A stretch of DNA of 53,257 nucleotides from Fidelibacterota bacterium (lineage in GTDB: Bacteria > Fidelibacterota > Fidelibacteria > Fidelibacterales > DSDE01): NCBI GenBank assembly GCA_046735395.1, contig JBJKQR010000054.1, forward strand, positions 1 through 53,257, in the 5' to 3' direction. The first letter of the stretch is position 1. Each line of letters starts with the position of its first letter. The notes below the pieces were generated by a model, which made no database searches, had not been told where the DNA came from, and saw only the letters and a list, made by a program, of their open reading frames with translations. Position numbers and translations under genes: made by a program. Shown piece after piece: positions 36,284-46,988 of the stretch.

Positions 36284-37591
36284 TTGACGCAATCATCCAT
36301 TAAAACTGTTTCATTTCATACATTGGGCTGTAAGCTGAATCAGGCTGAAACCGATTCGCTGCAGCGTGAATTCGTCCGGCGCGGCTTTACCGTCGTTCCC
36401 TTCAGGGATGCTGCGGATCTGACCATCATCAATACCTGCACCGTCACCAACCAGGCCGATGCAAAGGACAGGAATATCATCAGGCAGGCCGCCAAGGCCA
36501 GCCCGGACGGAAAACTTGCCGTCATCGGCTGTTATGCCCAGGTGTCCCCGGATGAAGCCGCCGCACTGCCTGGTGTGCAGTATGTCATCGGCAGCAAGGA
36601 AAAATTCCGCATTTTCGATTATATCGACAATTCCTCCGCCGAACCGGCCACACCCCTGATCGCCATCGATGACAAGGCATCACGGAACGCCTACCCGGAG
36701 AATCCCTTCGAAACCAGCACGACCCGGACCCGTGCCTTTCTGAAAATCCAGGACGGCTGCTCCTATTTCTGTTCCTACTGCATTATTCCCTTTGCCAGGG
36801 GAAACACCAGCAGCCGGAATTTTCAGGACACAGTGGATGAAATTCATCAGCTCAGGGAAAAGGGATTCCGGGAAATTGTATTCACCGGCATCAATATCGG
36901 GACCTACCGTCGGGATGACAAGACCCTGTTCGACCTTCTTCGGGCCGCTGACGAGGCCGCATCCGGAATGAGGCTCCGCATCTCATCCATCGAGGTCAAT
37001 ACCCTGTCTGACGCCATGATCGATTTCATCGCAGGATCCAACTCCATTCTGCCGCATTTTCATCTGCCGCTGCAGAGCGGATCCGCCACCATCCTGAACG
37101 CCATGAACCGAAAATATTCGCCGGAGGATTTTCTCCGCAAAGTCGCACATATACGTTCCGTTCTTCCTGACGCATCCATCGGCAGCGATGTCATCACCGG
37201 ATTTCCCGGCGAAAGCGATGTGCTCTTCCGCGAAACTCTGGACTTTATCAAAGAAATTCGTTTCTCTTATCTTCATTTATTCCGATATTCCCGGAGAAAC
37301 GGAAGCAGAGCCGCAACGATGCCAGATCAGGTCAGTGAAGTCATTAAAAAGGAACGGAGTGCGCAGCTGAAAAAAGTATCCCAGCCCCTGAAACAAACAT
37401 ACATTCGAAGCTTTGTCGGCCGGACGGACCGCGTTCTCTGGGAGACTGAGGATAAAACCGGCATTTCCGGGCTCAGCGACCACTACATCAAGGTGAGGAT
37501 TCCCCGTCGTCCCGGGCTTCAGCCCAATAGCTTCTCGATGCTCCGCTTCAATTCGGTGACCAGCGATGCGCTCAGTGGTGAAATTCTATGA
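36284..37591 (+). CDS. mtaB: tRNA t6A37 methylthiotransferase
   Basis: Motifs TLGCKLNQAE, INTCTVT, GCYAQ and RAFLKIQDGCSYFCSYC. Confidence 0.93.
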   Translation: MTQSSIKTVSFHTLGCKLNQAETDSLQREFVRRGFTVVPFRDAADLTIINTCTVTNQADAKDRNIIRQAAKASPDGKLAVIGCYAQVSPDEAAALPGVQYVIGSKEKFRIFDYIDNSSAEPATPLIAIDDKASRNAYPENPFETSTTRTRAFLKIQDGCSYFCSYCIIPFARGNTSSRNFQDTVDEIHQLREKGFREIVFTGINIGTYRRDDKTLFDLLRAADEAASGMRLRISSIEVNTLSDAMIDFIAGSNSILPHFHLPLQSGSATILNAMNRKYSPEDFLRKVAHIRSVLPDASIGSDVITGFPGESDVLFRETLDFIKEIRFSYLHLFRYSRRNGSRAATMPDQVSEVIKKERSAQLKKVSQPLKQTYIRSFVGRTDRVLWETEDKTGISGLSDHYIKVRIPRRPGLQPNSFSMLRFNSVTSDALSGEIL

Positions 37592-38220
37592 AAAAACCCT
37601 TCTTTATCGGTGTCGCCGGCAATATCGGAGTCGGCAAAACAACCTTTACCCGTATGATCAGCGAATATTTTGACTGGGAGCCGCATTACGAAGTTGTACT
37701 CGAGAATCCCTACCTTGAGGATTTTTATGCTGACATGATGAGGTGGAGTTTCCATCTGCAGATCTTTTTTCTCTCCAAGCGCTTCCAGGTCCAGAAACGC
37801 ATCAAGAACCTTCAGCGGACCACCATCCAGGACCGGACTATTTACGAAGACGCAAATATTTTCGCCCGCAGTATCTATGAACTGGGAAACATGGAAAAAC
37901 GCGACTGGGAAAATTACCAGGAACTCTTCGATGAAATGACATCCTATCTGAAAAAACCGGATCTGATCATCTATCTGAAGGCCGAAACAGATTCACTTAT
38001 TTCACGTATCCGAAAACGCGGCCGGGGTTACGAACAGTCCATTGATCTGGAATATCTCCACCTGCTGAATATTCGCTATAATGCATGGATTGATGAATTA
38101 CAGAAAAGCGGCGAAATTCCCACTCTGGTCATCGAAACCGATGGCCACGACTTCATTTCCGAGGATGATTTCCGGCTTCATATTTTCAATCAGGTCCACC
38201 AGGCCCTGAATCCACTCTGA
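37588..38220 (+). CDS. Deoxynucleoside kinase
   Basis: Motifs GNIGVGKTT, NPYLEDFY, DRTIYED and RIRKRGR. Confidence 0.93.
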   Translation: MKKPFFIGVAGNIGVGKTTFTRMISEYFDWEPHYEVVLENPYLEDFYADMMRWSFHLQIFFLSKRFQVQKRIKNLQRTTIQDRTIYEDANIFARSIYELGNMEKRDWENYQELFDEMTSYLKKPDLIIYLKAETDSLISRIRKRGRGYEQSIDLEYLHLLNIRYNAWIDELQKSGEIPTLVIETDGHDFISEDDFRLHIFNQVHQALNPL

Positions 38221-38346
38221 TTGTAAAAAAAAATGTCGTCTCACTCCTTTTCCATGCTGGTCTGACGGCAATTTGGGTTTCATAATTCGAGCTTTTTCAG
38301 TTATATTTAATGCATAGTACCATGTGAATGAAACAGTGAGGACAGT

Positions 38347-39408
38347 ATGAAAATTGTACGCAGAGAGAATTCAGAACGGGACAGGATTGATTACGGCCAT
38401 CTGGGATTCGGAAAATATTTCACCGATCACATGTTCCTTCAGGAGTTTCGGAATGGAGCCTGGCAGGAGGCACAGATTCTCCCATTCGCTCCGCTGTCCC
38501 TGTCTCCGGCAAATATCACTCTGCATTATGGCCAGACGATTTTCGAAGGCCAGAAGGCTTTTCACGGCATCGATGACAAAATCCGGCTCTTCCGCCCCTG
38601 GGCCAATCTCGCCCGTCTGAACCGGTCTGCCGAACGGATGTGCATTCCTCAGGTTGACCCCGATTCATTCCGGGAAGGCCTTCTGGAACTGGTTCGTACG
38701 GACAGGCTCTTCATCCCCCGGGAAAATGGAACCTCTCTGTACATCCGTCCCTTTATTTTTGCGGACGATGCGGTCATCGGCGTAAAACCGGGCGATTCCT
38801 ATAAATTCATGATCATCTGCTCACCGGTCGCCGGCTATTATGAGGAAGGTGTGAATCCGGTAAAAATCAAGGTTATATCAGATTTTGCCCGCGCGGTCAA
38901 GGGCGGCCTGGGAGAAGTGAAGGCCGCTGCAAACTATGCAGCCAGTCTCTATGCCGCACGCCAGGCCAAACAGGAAGGCTTTGCCCAGGTTCTCTGGCTC
39001 GACGGCAGGGAGCACAAGTATGTGGATGAAGTGGGAACGATGAATATCATGTTCGTGATAGATGATACGCTGATCACGCCCAGTTTGGAGGGAACCATCC
39101 TTCCCGGCATCACCCGTGATTCTGTTCTGAAGCTGGCTGCCGCCTGGGGATGGAAGACAGAGGAACGGCAGATCGAAATCCGTGAAATCATGGACGCCCA
39201 CGAAAAAGGGCTTCTGCAGGAGGCCTTCGGAACGGGCACGGCAGCCGTCATTTCCCCCGTCGGCCAGCTCTCCTACATGGGCAAAGATATACTTATTAAT
39301 AATTTTCAGACCGGGCCCTATGCAAAAAAACTCTATGATGGCATCACCGGAATCCAGTACGGCAGCGAAGAAGACCGCTTCGACTGGACTGTAACCGTTT
39401 CAGTCTGA
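38347..39408 (+). CDS. ilvE: Branched-chain amino acid aminotransferase
   Basis: Motifs LHYGQTIFEG, LYIRP, KAAANY, EVGTMN, ILPGITR and GTAAVISP. Confidence 0.96.
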   Translation: MKIVRRENSERDRIDYGHLGFGKYFTDHMFLQEFRNGAWQEAQILPFAPLSLSPANITLHYGQTIFEGQKAFHGIDDKIRLFRPWANLARLNRSAERMCIPQVDPDSFREGLLELVRTDRLFIPRENGTSLYIRPFIFADDAVIGVKPGDSYKFMIICSPVAGYYEEGVNPVKIKVISDFARAVKGGLGEVKAAANYAASLYAARQAKQEGFAQVLWLDGREHKYVDEVGTMNIMFVIDDTLITPSLEGTILPGITRDSVLKLAAAWGWKTEERQIEIREIMDAHEKGLLQEAFGTGTAAVISPVGQLSYMGKDILINNFQTGPYAKKLYDGITGIQYGSEEDRFDWTVTVSV

Positions 39409-39423
39409 AAACGCCGGGACTGT

Positions 39424-39888
39424 ATGCGAGGAATCCTAGGTCATGCCTTTTCCACCCTCGGCAGACTGCCTGTCCTCTTTCTCCTCGCTCTGCTCTTTTT
39501 GTCCGCTTCCGTACAGGGAGCCTGTATTTTTATCCACAGTGATACCAGTGGCATGACCCTCTATCTGGACGGCCGCAAGATAGGCGTGACACCCATTCTT
39601 GAACCCGTCAGCGCAGATTCAGGCGATCATTTTCTCAGCTTCTGGAATGCAGAAATGAACCGCATGCCGCTGCGGGTGACTCACAAGGAATATATTGCAG
39701 AGATCGTCAGTCAGTCCACGAAGGCCTTTCACCTCAGCGCTGATGATACGCTTCAGATTACCATGGAATGGAAGCCGGTATCGGAAAAAATTAATGCCTG
39801 GGAAGCCCGCAAACGCTTTGCCACCTGGACGGCTGTTGCCTTCCTTTTTGTCGCATCCGTTGTTTTTTACACTCTGACAGGGCTATAA
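39424..39888 (+). CDS. PEGA-like domain membrane protein
   Basis: LYLDGRKIGVTP...GDH motif, signal peptide and C-terminal TM. Confidence 0.6.
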   Translation: MRGILGHAFSTLGRLPVLFLLALLFLSASVQGACIFIHSDTSGMTLYLDGRKIGVTPILEPVSADSGDHFLSFWNAEMNRMPLRVTHKEYIAEIVSQSTKAFHLSADDTLQITMEWKPVSEKINAWEARKRFATWTAVAFLFVASVVFYTLTGL

Positions 39889-42071
39889 TGATTGATACCC
39901 GCCAAATCCTTGCGGTGACCGCCCTGGCCTTTATCCTTATATCCGGATGTACGCAGACCACGGCAGAAGATACGGAAGCGCCCCGGCTGTCCCTTGTCTC
40001 ACCCTTTGATTCCAGCCTGGTTTACGGACGCATAGAAGTGCAGAGTGATGTATCGGACAATGTCTCCGTCGCTGGCGTCAGCTACTTTCTCGATGACAGC
40101 CTGCTGAATTCCTCGCTGCTGGCCAATCCGCCCTACGCCCTGATCCTCAACACCACGTCACTGACAGACAGCTGTTTCCACAGCCTGAAAGCCGTGGCTG
40201 AGGACAAGGCCGGAAATGAAAGTCTTCCGGTCATCGTTTCGATCTTTGTCCGAAACGGCGGCCGCACCCCCCTCACTCCGATTTATTTCAGGACCCTTTC
40301 TTCCCTGAAACACGAGATATCACTGGACTGGGAAGCCTCCGCCGATCTTCGTTTTTATCAGTATGAGCTTTTTCGCAGTCTCCGTGATACCACCGCTTTC
40401 CCGGATACACCCATCACGGTGATCCGCTCCCGAAGTCAGAACAGCTATACGGACAAGGGCTCCGGTGAGAGTTCTCTCGGGCTGGTGGACCTGTCTACCT
40501 ACTATTACCGTCTTCGCGTACTGAACAGCGACAGCCTGTCCTGCGAGACATCCATGATTCATGGAACAACCCGCGGCCCCGCAAAAATTCTCTGGTCCAA
40601 CGGAGGACTGACACAGGTCGGAAAAGCCTCCGTCACACTCGAATGGAAGGAGCTCAGCAGTGACGACCGCAGCGATCTGTCTACGATCAGCATTCTGCGC
40701 ATCAGTGCGGAGGCGGATACGGTGGACACGGCTCTGATTGTGGTTCCGGCCTCGCAATACATCAATCCCTGGAAAGACGACAGTCTGAACGCCGAAACGG
40801 CCTACAGCTACCGCATCCGTCAGACCGACAGCCTCGGTTTTTCCGCGGCCTGGTCCACATCCCTCACGGCCACGACCGCCGCATTCACCTTTCAGCCCAT
40901 TATTACTCCGACCATTGCAAAAGACAGGATAGATTTCAGTTTCACACCCTATACCGGCAGCGATTTTCTGTCCTGTGATATATATTTCGGCGGGAAAAAT
41001 GACAGTCTGCCCGGGAACCTGCTCCCACTCTACACCACCCGCAGCGCCGACAGCACATCCTTCAGCATTGGGGATCTTGCGTCGGCCACACGCTACACGC
41101 TGCTCCTCCGCTTCACCGATACCTACGGGAATATCTCCGATACGCGTTACAGTTTTTCCACAAAATCACTCGTCACCCCGGAAATCTTTCCCGAAGAGAT
41201 CGGGCGCTATTCCATAAATATGTCCATTTCCGATTTTGACAACAGCGAAAATGATTTCGCAGCCACCGAACTCTACCGGCTGCCCTCGGCCACTGACAGC
41301 ATCGCCGGCCTCACAGCGGTTTTTACCACTCAGAACGTTTCGGATCTCAGCTTCCAGGACAGCGGTCTGGATCCTGAGACCAATTATTATTATATCGCAG
41401 TGCAGCGGGATACCAAGGGGAATGCATCTCTCTCACCGACCTGCCAGATCATGACGGCCTCGCTGGATGACGTGGAATTTACACAGGTAAGTATTGATTC
41501 GGGCGCCATCATTCTCTACTGGGAATGGAGCACTGAGGCAGATCCGGATTTTGATCATTTTGAACTGCGGCGTTTTCATCGCCGTGGCACCGGAGCCACC
41601 ACTGAGGATGGTATCGTTGCCACTCCGACAGAAATGCAGTACCGGGATTCGGGGCTTGATCCGGGCCTGACCTATTCATACCAGATCAGCACTGTGGATT
41701 CCCGGGGTAACCATCGTTCAGGGCGGATACTGAATCCCGTCTGTTCCTCCGTTCCTTCCGCCTCTCTCAGCTTTACAGGTTATACCCGCCATTCCGTAAC
41801 CCTGAGCTGGTCCTCCGAGCTGCCCGGATCTCCGGATAATTTTTATCGCAGTTACCTCTACCAGAATACCACCTCAGTTTTTCCGGACCTTCCCGATACC
41901 AGTCAGACATCAGTATTGAAACTTGTTCGTGAATTTTCTGACCCGGCCATTCAGTCCTACACTCTGCACAATCTGACGGCCGGGAATATCCTGTTTTATC
42001 GTTTATACATGGAGAATCATTGTGGAACATTCAAAGCCGGCAATGTTGTTTCGGCGCTTCCTCTGCCTTAG
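39888..42071 (+). CDS. Lipoprotein with bacterial Ig-like and multiple fibronectin type III repeats
   Basis: Lipobox ISGC, DTEAP...AEDKAGN Ig domain and repeated 'L.W...Y.D.GL....Y.Y' units. Confidence 0.75.
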   Translation: MIDTRQILAVTALAFILISGCTQTTAEDTEAPRLSLVSPFDSSLVYGRIEVQSDVSDNVSVAGVSYFLDDSLLNSSLLANPPYALILNTTSLTDSCFHSLKAVAEDKAGNESLPVIVSIFVRNGGRTPLTPIYFRTLSSLKHEISLDWEASADLRFYQYELFRSLRDTTAFPDTPITVIRSRSQNSYTDKGSGESSLGLVDLSTYYYRLRVLNSDSLSCETSMIHGTTRGPAKILWSNGGLTQVGKASVTLEWKELSSDDRSDLSTISILRISAEADTVDTALIVVPASQYINPWKDDSLNAETAYSYRIRQTDSLGFSAAWSTSLTATTAAFTFQPIITPTIAKDRIDFSFTPYTGSDFLSCDIYFGGKNDSLPGNLLPLYTTRSADSTSFSIGDLASATRYTLLLRFTDTYGNISDTRYSFSTKSLVTPEIFPEEIGRYSINMSISDFDNSENDFAATELYRLPSATDSIAGLTAVFTTQNVSDLSFQDSGLDPETNYYYIAVQRDTKGNASLSPTCQIMTASLDDVEFTQVSIDSGAIILYWEWSTEADPDFDHFELRRFHRRGTGATTEDGIVATPTEMQYRDSGLDPGLTYSYQISTVDSRGNHRSGRILNPVCSSVPSASLSFTGYTRHSVTLSWSSELPGSPDNFYRSYLYQNTTSVFPDLPDTSQTSVLKLVREFSDPAIQSYTLHNLTAGNILFYRLYMENHCGTFKAGNVVSALPLP

Positions 42072-42783
42072 CCTTTTTCTGCTGTCGGGCTGTACCCAGG
42101 TTCCTGAGGGGAATGCCAGGCCTTTTGTTTATTTCCATGGGAAAAATTACCTGGAAATCAAAAACAGTGAAAGTATCAATCTCATCAATACGGAGGATTT
42201 TACCCTGGAAGGCTGGTTCAGCTACGAAAAATCAGGCCAGGAGGAACTCTCCTGCCTCTTCATGATCAGCAATGACAAAGGGGAAAATACATTGGGATTA
42301 TATTGTGATCCCGAATTCGACAATAACTGGGCCTTCTTTCTCGGCGACCGGCTGGTGGGCGTTGTGGAAACGGATTTCTCCGCGTCTGATGATGAAATCC
42401 ATTTCGTAGCCTTCAGCTGCAACCGTCAGGATAGTTCATGGGTTCTTTATCTCGACACCCGGGCAGTTTTCTCCGGGAACCTTGATACGGATCTCGATTT
42501 TCAGAATTCAGACATCCTTCTCGGCGCTGATTTTGATTCACCGAATACGGATGTGGGAAATCTCTGGACAGGGCGGCTCTATGAATGGAGACTGTGGAAA
42601 TACAGCCTCACTCCCACGGAAGAACTCTTCACCTGCAGTCATCCGGATAAAATCACCGTGCACTACACGCCCGGCTGGCAGACCGATCTTCTCGCGCTCT
42701 GGCGAATGGCCCTGACCGAAAGCGGCGACATTATTGACGAAAGTAACAATGCCAATACGGCGTTTCTGAAGGAAATCCCCTGA
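42043..42783 (+). CDS. LamG/concanavalin A-like lipoprotein
   Basis: Lipobox LSGC and motifs FTLEGWF, HFVAFS, LYLD and GRLYEWRLW. Confidence 0.7.
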   Translation: MLFRRFLCLSLFLLSGCTQVPEGNARPFVYFHGKNYLEIKNSESINLINTEDFTLEGWFSYEKSGQEELSCLFMISNDKGENTLGLYCDPEFDNNWAFFLGDRLVGVVETDFSASDDEIHFVAFSCNRQDSSWVLYLDTRAVFSGNLDTDLDFQNSDILLGADFDSPNTDVGNLWTGRLYEWRLWKYSLTPTEELFTCSHPDKITVHYTPGWQTDLLALWRMALTESGDIIDESNNANTAFLKEIP

Positions 42784-42859
42784 ACCCCGCACAGCTGAGA
42801 AAAGTACTGAGATTGTGCCTGGAATATATTAGATTAGCGCCCGTGAACAGGAGGAATAC

Positions 42860-43606
42860 ATGAAAAAACTGGTTTTACTGAGACACGGGGAAAGTGTCTG
42901 GAATAAAGAAAACAGATTTACCGGCTGGACGGATGTGAACCTGTCGGAAAAGGGTGTGGAAGAGGCCCATCGGGCAGGTACCGCACTGAAAAAGGCCGGA
43001 TTCGAATTTGATATGGCCTTTACATCAGTTCTGAAACGGGCTATCCGGACACTGTGGATCAGCCTGGAGGAACTGGATCAGATGTGGATCCCGGTTATCC
43101 GCAGCTGGCACCTGAATGAACGGCATTATGGTGCGCTGCAGGGCCTGAACAAGGCCGAAACCGCCGGAAAATTCGGGGACGATCAGGTGAAGATCTGGCG
43201 CAGAAGTTATGACACTCCGCCTCCGGCGCTCACTAAGGAAGATGAACGCTTTCCCGGCCACGACAAACGCTATGCGTCACTGACCGACACCGAGCTTCCT
43301 CTGACCGAATGCCTGAAAGATACAGTGGATCGTTTTGTCCCCTATTATCTGGAAAAAATCGCTCCGCTCATCCGCGAAGGAAAAAATCTGCTCATCGCAG
43401 CGCATGGCAACAGCCTCCGCGCTCTGGTGAAGTACCTCGACAACATCGGAGACGAGGACATCGTCAGTCTGAATATCCCCACCGGTGTCCCGCTGGTCTA
43501 CGAACTGGATGATGATCTGAAGCCCATCCGGCATTACTACCTTGGCGATGAGGATGAGATCCGCAAGGCCCAGGAAGCGGTGGCCAATCAGGGCAAGGCC
43601 AAATAA
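42860..43606 (+). CDS. gpmA: 2,3-BPG-dependent phosphoglycerate mutase
   Basis: Motifs [16 protein letters not shown] and AHGNSLRAL. Confidence 0.97.
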   Translation: MKKLVLLRHGESVWNKENRFTGWTDVNLSEKGVEEAHRAGTALKKAGFEFDMAFTSVLKRAIRTLWISLEELDQMWIPVIRSWHLNERHYGALQGLNKAETAGKFGDDQVKIWRRSYDTPPPALTKEDERFPGHDKRYASLTDTELPLTECLKDTVDRFVPYYLEKIAPLIREGKNLLIAAHGNSLRALVKYLDNIGDEDIVSLNIPTGVPLVYELDDDLKPIRHYYLGDEDEIRKAQEAVANQGKAK

Positions 43607-43629
43607 CCGACAGATATTACGTGATAAAT

Positions 43630-43662
43630 AAAAAAACTCCGGTTTCGGCCGGAGTTTTTTTT
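43630..43662. terminator. Bidirectional Rho-independent terminator
   Basis: AAAAAAACTCCGGT-TTCG-GCCGGAGTTTTTTTT between convergent gpmA and dsbD. Confidence 0.9.
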
Positions 43663-43683
43663 ATTGTTATGAAAAGTTGTTTT

Positions 43684-45429
43684 TTATTTCAGTCGCCGCA
43701 GAAACTGTTCCGGTTTCTCGAAACCGGTCAGACGTTTTGCAGAATACTCCGTCCCGTCTTCATCCAGAAATATGACAGTCGGAACCCCCTGGATTCCGTA
43801 GCGCTGTTTCAGCTTCATTGCCCATTCGGACTTATCCTGAGTCAGATCCACTTTCAGCAGCGTATAATTTTTCAATGATTCCGCCACCTGCGGATCGCTG
43901 AAGGTCAATTTATCCAGCTCCTTACAGGGAATGCACCAGTCGGCAAAGAAATCGATCAGCACGGGCTGATCCTTCACATCGGCAGTCTGAAGCGCCTCTT
44001 CGGACCAGCTTTCCCAGGCCAGCGTTTCAGACGATTGCGGGGCAGGTTTGATCATCCAGATTCCCAGGGCCAGGATCACCATGGCAATGAAGATCTTGCC
44101 TCTCAGAAAACCGGGTGATTTCATCCCGGACTTGTCAAATACAGCATAATAGACCGCTGCCAGAATCATGTAGACGGGAATCATATATTCACCCGCCTTG
44201 CCGTGAATCAGCGGATTGAGAAAATACAGCGCCATCCCCACGAGCGTAAGCCCGAAGAAAATCCGGACACCATTGAGCCATTCACCGCTGCGGGGCAACG
44301 CGGACAGGCGGCTGGAAAAGAGTCCGAGAAAAAGGTAGGGCAGGCCCAGGCCCAGGGAGAGAGTGAAAAACATGATGAAGCCGATGAGCGGAGAACCGGT
44401 CTGGGCCACATAGGTCAGGAGGCCGATAACAAAGGGCCCCACGCAGGGTGCGGCTACGATCCCCATGGTCAGCCCCATGATCAGGGATCCGACGGCTCCG
44501 TTTCTGGCACCGCCGCCTAACTGCATGAGAGCGGTGGGAAGGCGGAATTCATAGACACCGAACATGGACAGCGACAAACCCACCATGATCAATGCCATGA
44601 TAATGAGCACGACCGGATTAGTCAGTGCAGTGCCGAACATGCTCCCGGTCAGGGCAGCAAAGGTGCCCAGCGCCGAATAGGTGACGGCAATCCCTACTAC
44701 ATACATGGACGCCATCAGCAGCGAGGAACCCTTCTTTCCCTGCGAAGAGAAGAATCCCATGGTAATGGGAATCAGCGGATAGACACAGGGCGTCAGATTC
44801 AGGGCCAGGCCGCCCAGAAATATGATAAGCAGTGTGAGAACGAAGCCTTTCCGGGCAATGGAATCGGAAATACTTCCCTGCTGTGCCGAGCTTCCCGAAA
44901 CGCCCGCTTTCGCATCCGTTTCATGGTTAGTATCCGGCGCGATGGTTTCGCCCACGGCGCCGCCGTTCAGGTGGATTGTAAATGCTTTTTCCGCCGGAGC
45001 CAGACAGACCTGATCATTGCAGCCCTGATAACTGACTTTTCCCCTAACAGCGATCCCATCATCGGGCAGCTTGCCGATCAGGGTAAAATCCACCGCAATC
45101 CGGACCTGTCCCTCATAGACGGATGATTTACCGCCCAATGCGGCCAGATCCCTGATCTGTCCGTCGGGATAACGAATTTCCTTCACGTTGCACTGTGCAG
45201 TTTCCTCAATGGCAAGGTCCGTGGGAATGACAAATTCATCAAAGGGACTGTGACTGTTTATATGCCAGCGGTCCATCACTTTCAGGCCGATAACGGCTGA
45301 AGCGTTTCCGCCGGGTACATCAAGCGTTGTCGAAATGACCTCAACCTGAACCAGATCTTCAGCTTCCGTAGCCCATGACAGCGTGATGGAGGCCAAAATC
45401 ATCAGCGCCGCGGTGAATGCCTTTTTCAT
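43684..45429 (-). CDS. dsbD: Thiol:disulfide interchange protein DsbD
   Basis: Alpha domain CNDQVC, beta domain TPCVYP / APCVGP and gamma domain WCIPC. Confidence 0.92.
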   Translation of the reverse strand: MKKAFTAALMILASITLSWATEAEDLVQVEVISTTLDVPGGNASAVIGLKVMDRWHINSHSPFDEFVIPTDLAIEETAQCNVKEIRYPDGQIRDLAALGGKSSVYEGQVRIAVDFTLIGKLPDDGIAVRGKVSYQGCNDQVCLAPAEKAFTIHLNGGAVGETIAPDTNHETDAKAGVSGSSAQQGSISDSIARKGFVLTLLIIFLGGLALNLTPCVYPLIPITMGFFSSQGKKGSSLLMASMYVVGIAVTYSALGTFAALTGSMFGTALTNPVVLIIMALIMVGLSLSMFGVYEFRLPTALMQLGGGARNGAVGSLIMGLTMGIVAAPCVGPFVIGLLTYVAQTGSPLIGFIMFFTLSLGLGLPYLFLGLFSSRLSALPRSGEWLNGVRIFFGLTLVGMALYFLNPLIHGKAGEYMIPVYMILAAVYYAVFDKSGMKSPGFLRGKIFIAMVILALGIWMIKPAPQSSETLAWESWSEEALQTADVKDQPVLIDFFADWCIPCKELDKLTFSDPQVAESLKNYTLLKVDLTQDKSEWAMKLKQRYGIQGVPTVIFLDEDGTEYSAKRLTGFEKPEQFLRRLK

Positions 45430-45597
45430 GATGCTCCTGTGTTTTTATTATTCTGTAAGATACAAAAAGTGCCTGTCGGTTACGATCTTTTTTCATCGGC
45501 TCACAGGCCCTCTCCATCCACACTGCGACAGGCTCTGACATTCGTTTTCACCTATCGGATATTTTTCGTATATTTACTCACGAAAGGGGAAATATAC

Positions 45598-46905
45598 ATG
45601 CAGTTTACGAAGGAGATGCTCAGTGCTGCCGATGAGCTTCTGGGTTATCTGAATGATTCACCGACTGCAGCTCATGCTGTTCAGTCCGGGTGCAGGATTC
45701 TCGAAAAAGCGGCGTTCAGGGAAGTACAGGCGGATGAAGCCTGGTCGCTGAAATCCGGAGACCGTTTTTTTCATCGGGCTCACGGAACGGCGCTGGTTGC
45801 CGGCATCATGGGGAAAGGGAATCTGAAGGAAACAGGGTTCAGAATAATCGGGGCTCATACGGACAGTCCGGGATTTCGTATCCGTCAGGGCGGCTTTTTC
45901 AGGCAGGCAGGCTACAGTCAGGCAGGCGTCGAGATCTATGGCGGCCCCCTGCTGGCCAGCTGGACTGACCGGGATCTGGGCATTGCCGGCAGAATTCTAT
46001 TTCGGAATGGAAGCACCACCGAAACGCGGCTCTGGTCCTCATCCGGTCCGCTGCTTCGTATTCCCCAGCTGGCCATTCATCTCAACCGTGATGTCAATGA
46101 CAAGGGCCTGGTCCTCAATAAACACAACGAAACGGTTCCCATTCTCTGTTCTCTGGAAGATACGGAGCTGGGAGAAAAGGAACTTCTCACACAGATCGCC
46201 GGGGACTTCGGCAGGACGGCAGATGATATCGTGGGCACCAGTCTTGAATTGGTTGACTGTCAGCAGGCAGCGATCGGCGGCCTGCACGGCGATATGATTT
46301 TTTCCGGTCGCATCGATAATCTGGCCATGTGCAGCGCGGCCCTTCAGGCTGTCACGGCAGTGAGCGAAACACCCGATGCCACGGCCCTGATCGTCCTCTT
46401 TGACAGTGAGGAAATCGGGTCATCAACTCTGAACGGCGGGGCTTCTCCCCTCCTGAACGTCACCCTCGAACGTCTCATGCTTCAGGACGGACTGAACCGC
46501 GAAGAGCAGTTCATCACGCTGAACCGGAGCCGGAATTTTTCCGCGGACGGCGCCCATGCCGTTCATCCCAATTATACCGGTTCTCATGACGCACGTCATT
46601 ACTGCCATCTCAATGGCGGGCCGGCCATCAAGATCAACGCCAATCAACGCTACGCCTCCAATATGGAAACCATTGCGGAGATTCGAGAACTCGGACGCTC
46701 GCTCGGGATTCCGCTGCAGACCTATTATCACCGCAATGATATTCCCTGCGGATCGACCATCGGCCCCATCACCGCCACCGCCACCGGTATTCCCACCATC
46801 GATATCGGCAATCCCATGCTGTCCATGCATTCCATCCGCGAATGCAGCGGGACCGCAGACCAGTGGATGATGGAAACGCTGATGAAACATTTTATGATTT
46901 CCTGA
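45598..46905 (+). CDS. M18 aspartyl aminopeptidase
   Basis: Motifs GAHTDSP, RIDNL, EEIGS, SADGAHAVHPNY and SMHSIRE; ATG 45598. Confidence 0.92.
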   Translation: MQFTKEMLSAADELLGYLNDSPTAAHAVQSGCRILEKAAFREVQADEAWSLKSGDRFFHRAHGTALVAGIMGKGNLKETGFRIIGAHTDSPGFRIRQGGFFRQAGYSQAGVEIYGGPLLASWTDRDLGIAGRILFRNGSTTETRLWSSSGPLLRIPQLAIHLNRDVNDKGLVLNKHNETVPILCSLEDTELGEKELLTQIAGDFGRTADDIVGTSLELVDCQQAAIGGLHGDMIFSGRIDNLAMCSAALQAVTAVSETPDATALIVLFDSEEIGSSTLNGGASPLLNVTLERLMLQDGLNREEQFITLNRSRNFSADGAHAVHPNYTGSHDARHYCHLNGGPAIKINANQRYASNMETIAEIRELGRSLGIPLQTYYHRNDIPCGSTIGPITATATGIPTIDIGNPMLSMHSIRECSGTADQWMMETLMKHFMIS

Positions 46906-46988
46906 CACTTTAGCTGTGCCGGACACTTCGAAATCATGACATCATTTTTATTGCCAGGATAACTAACATAAAGGATTGGAGCCGAAGT

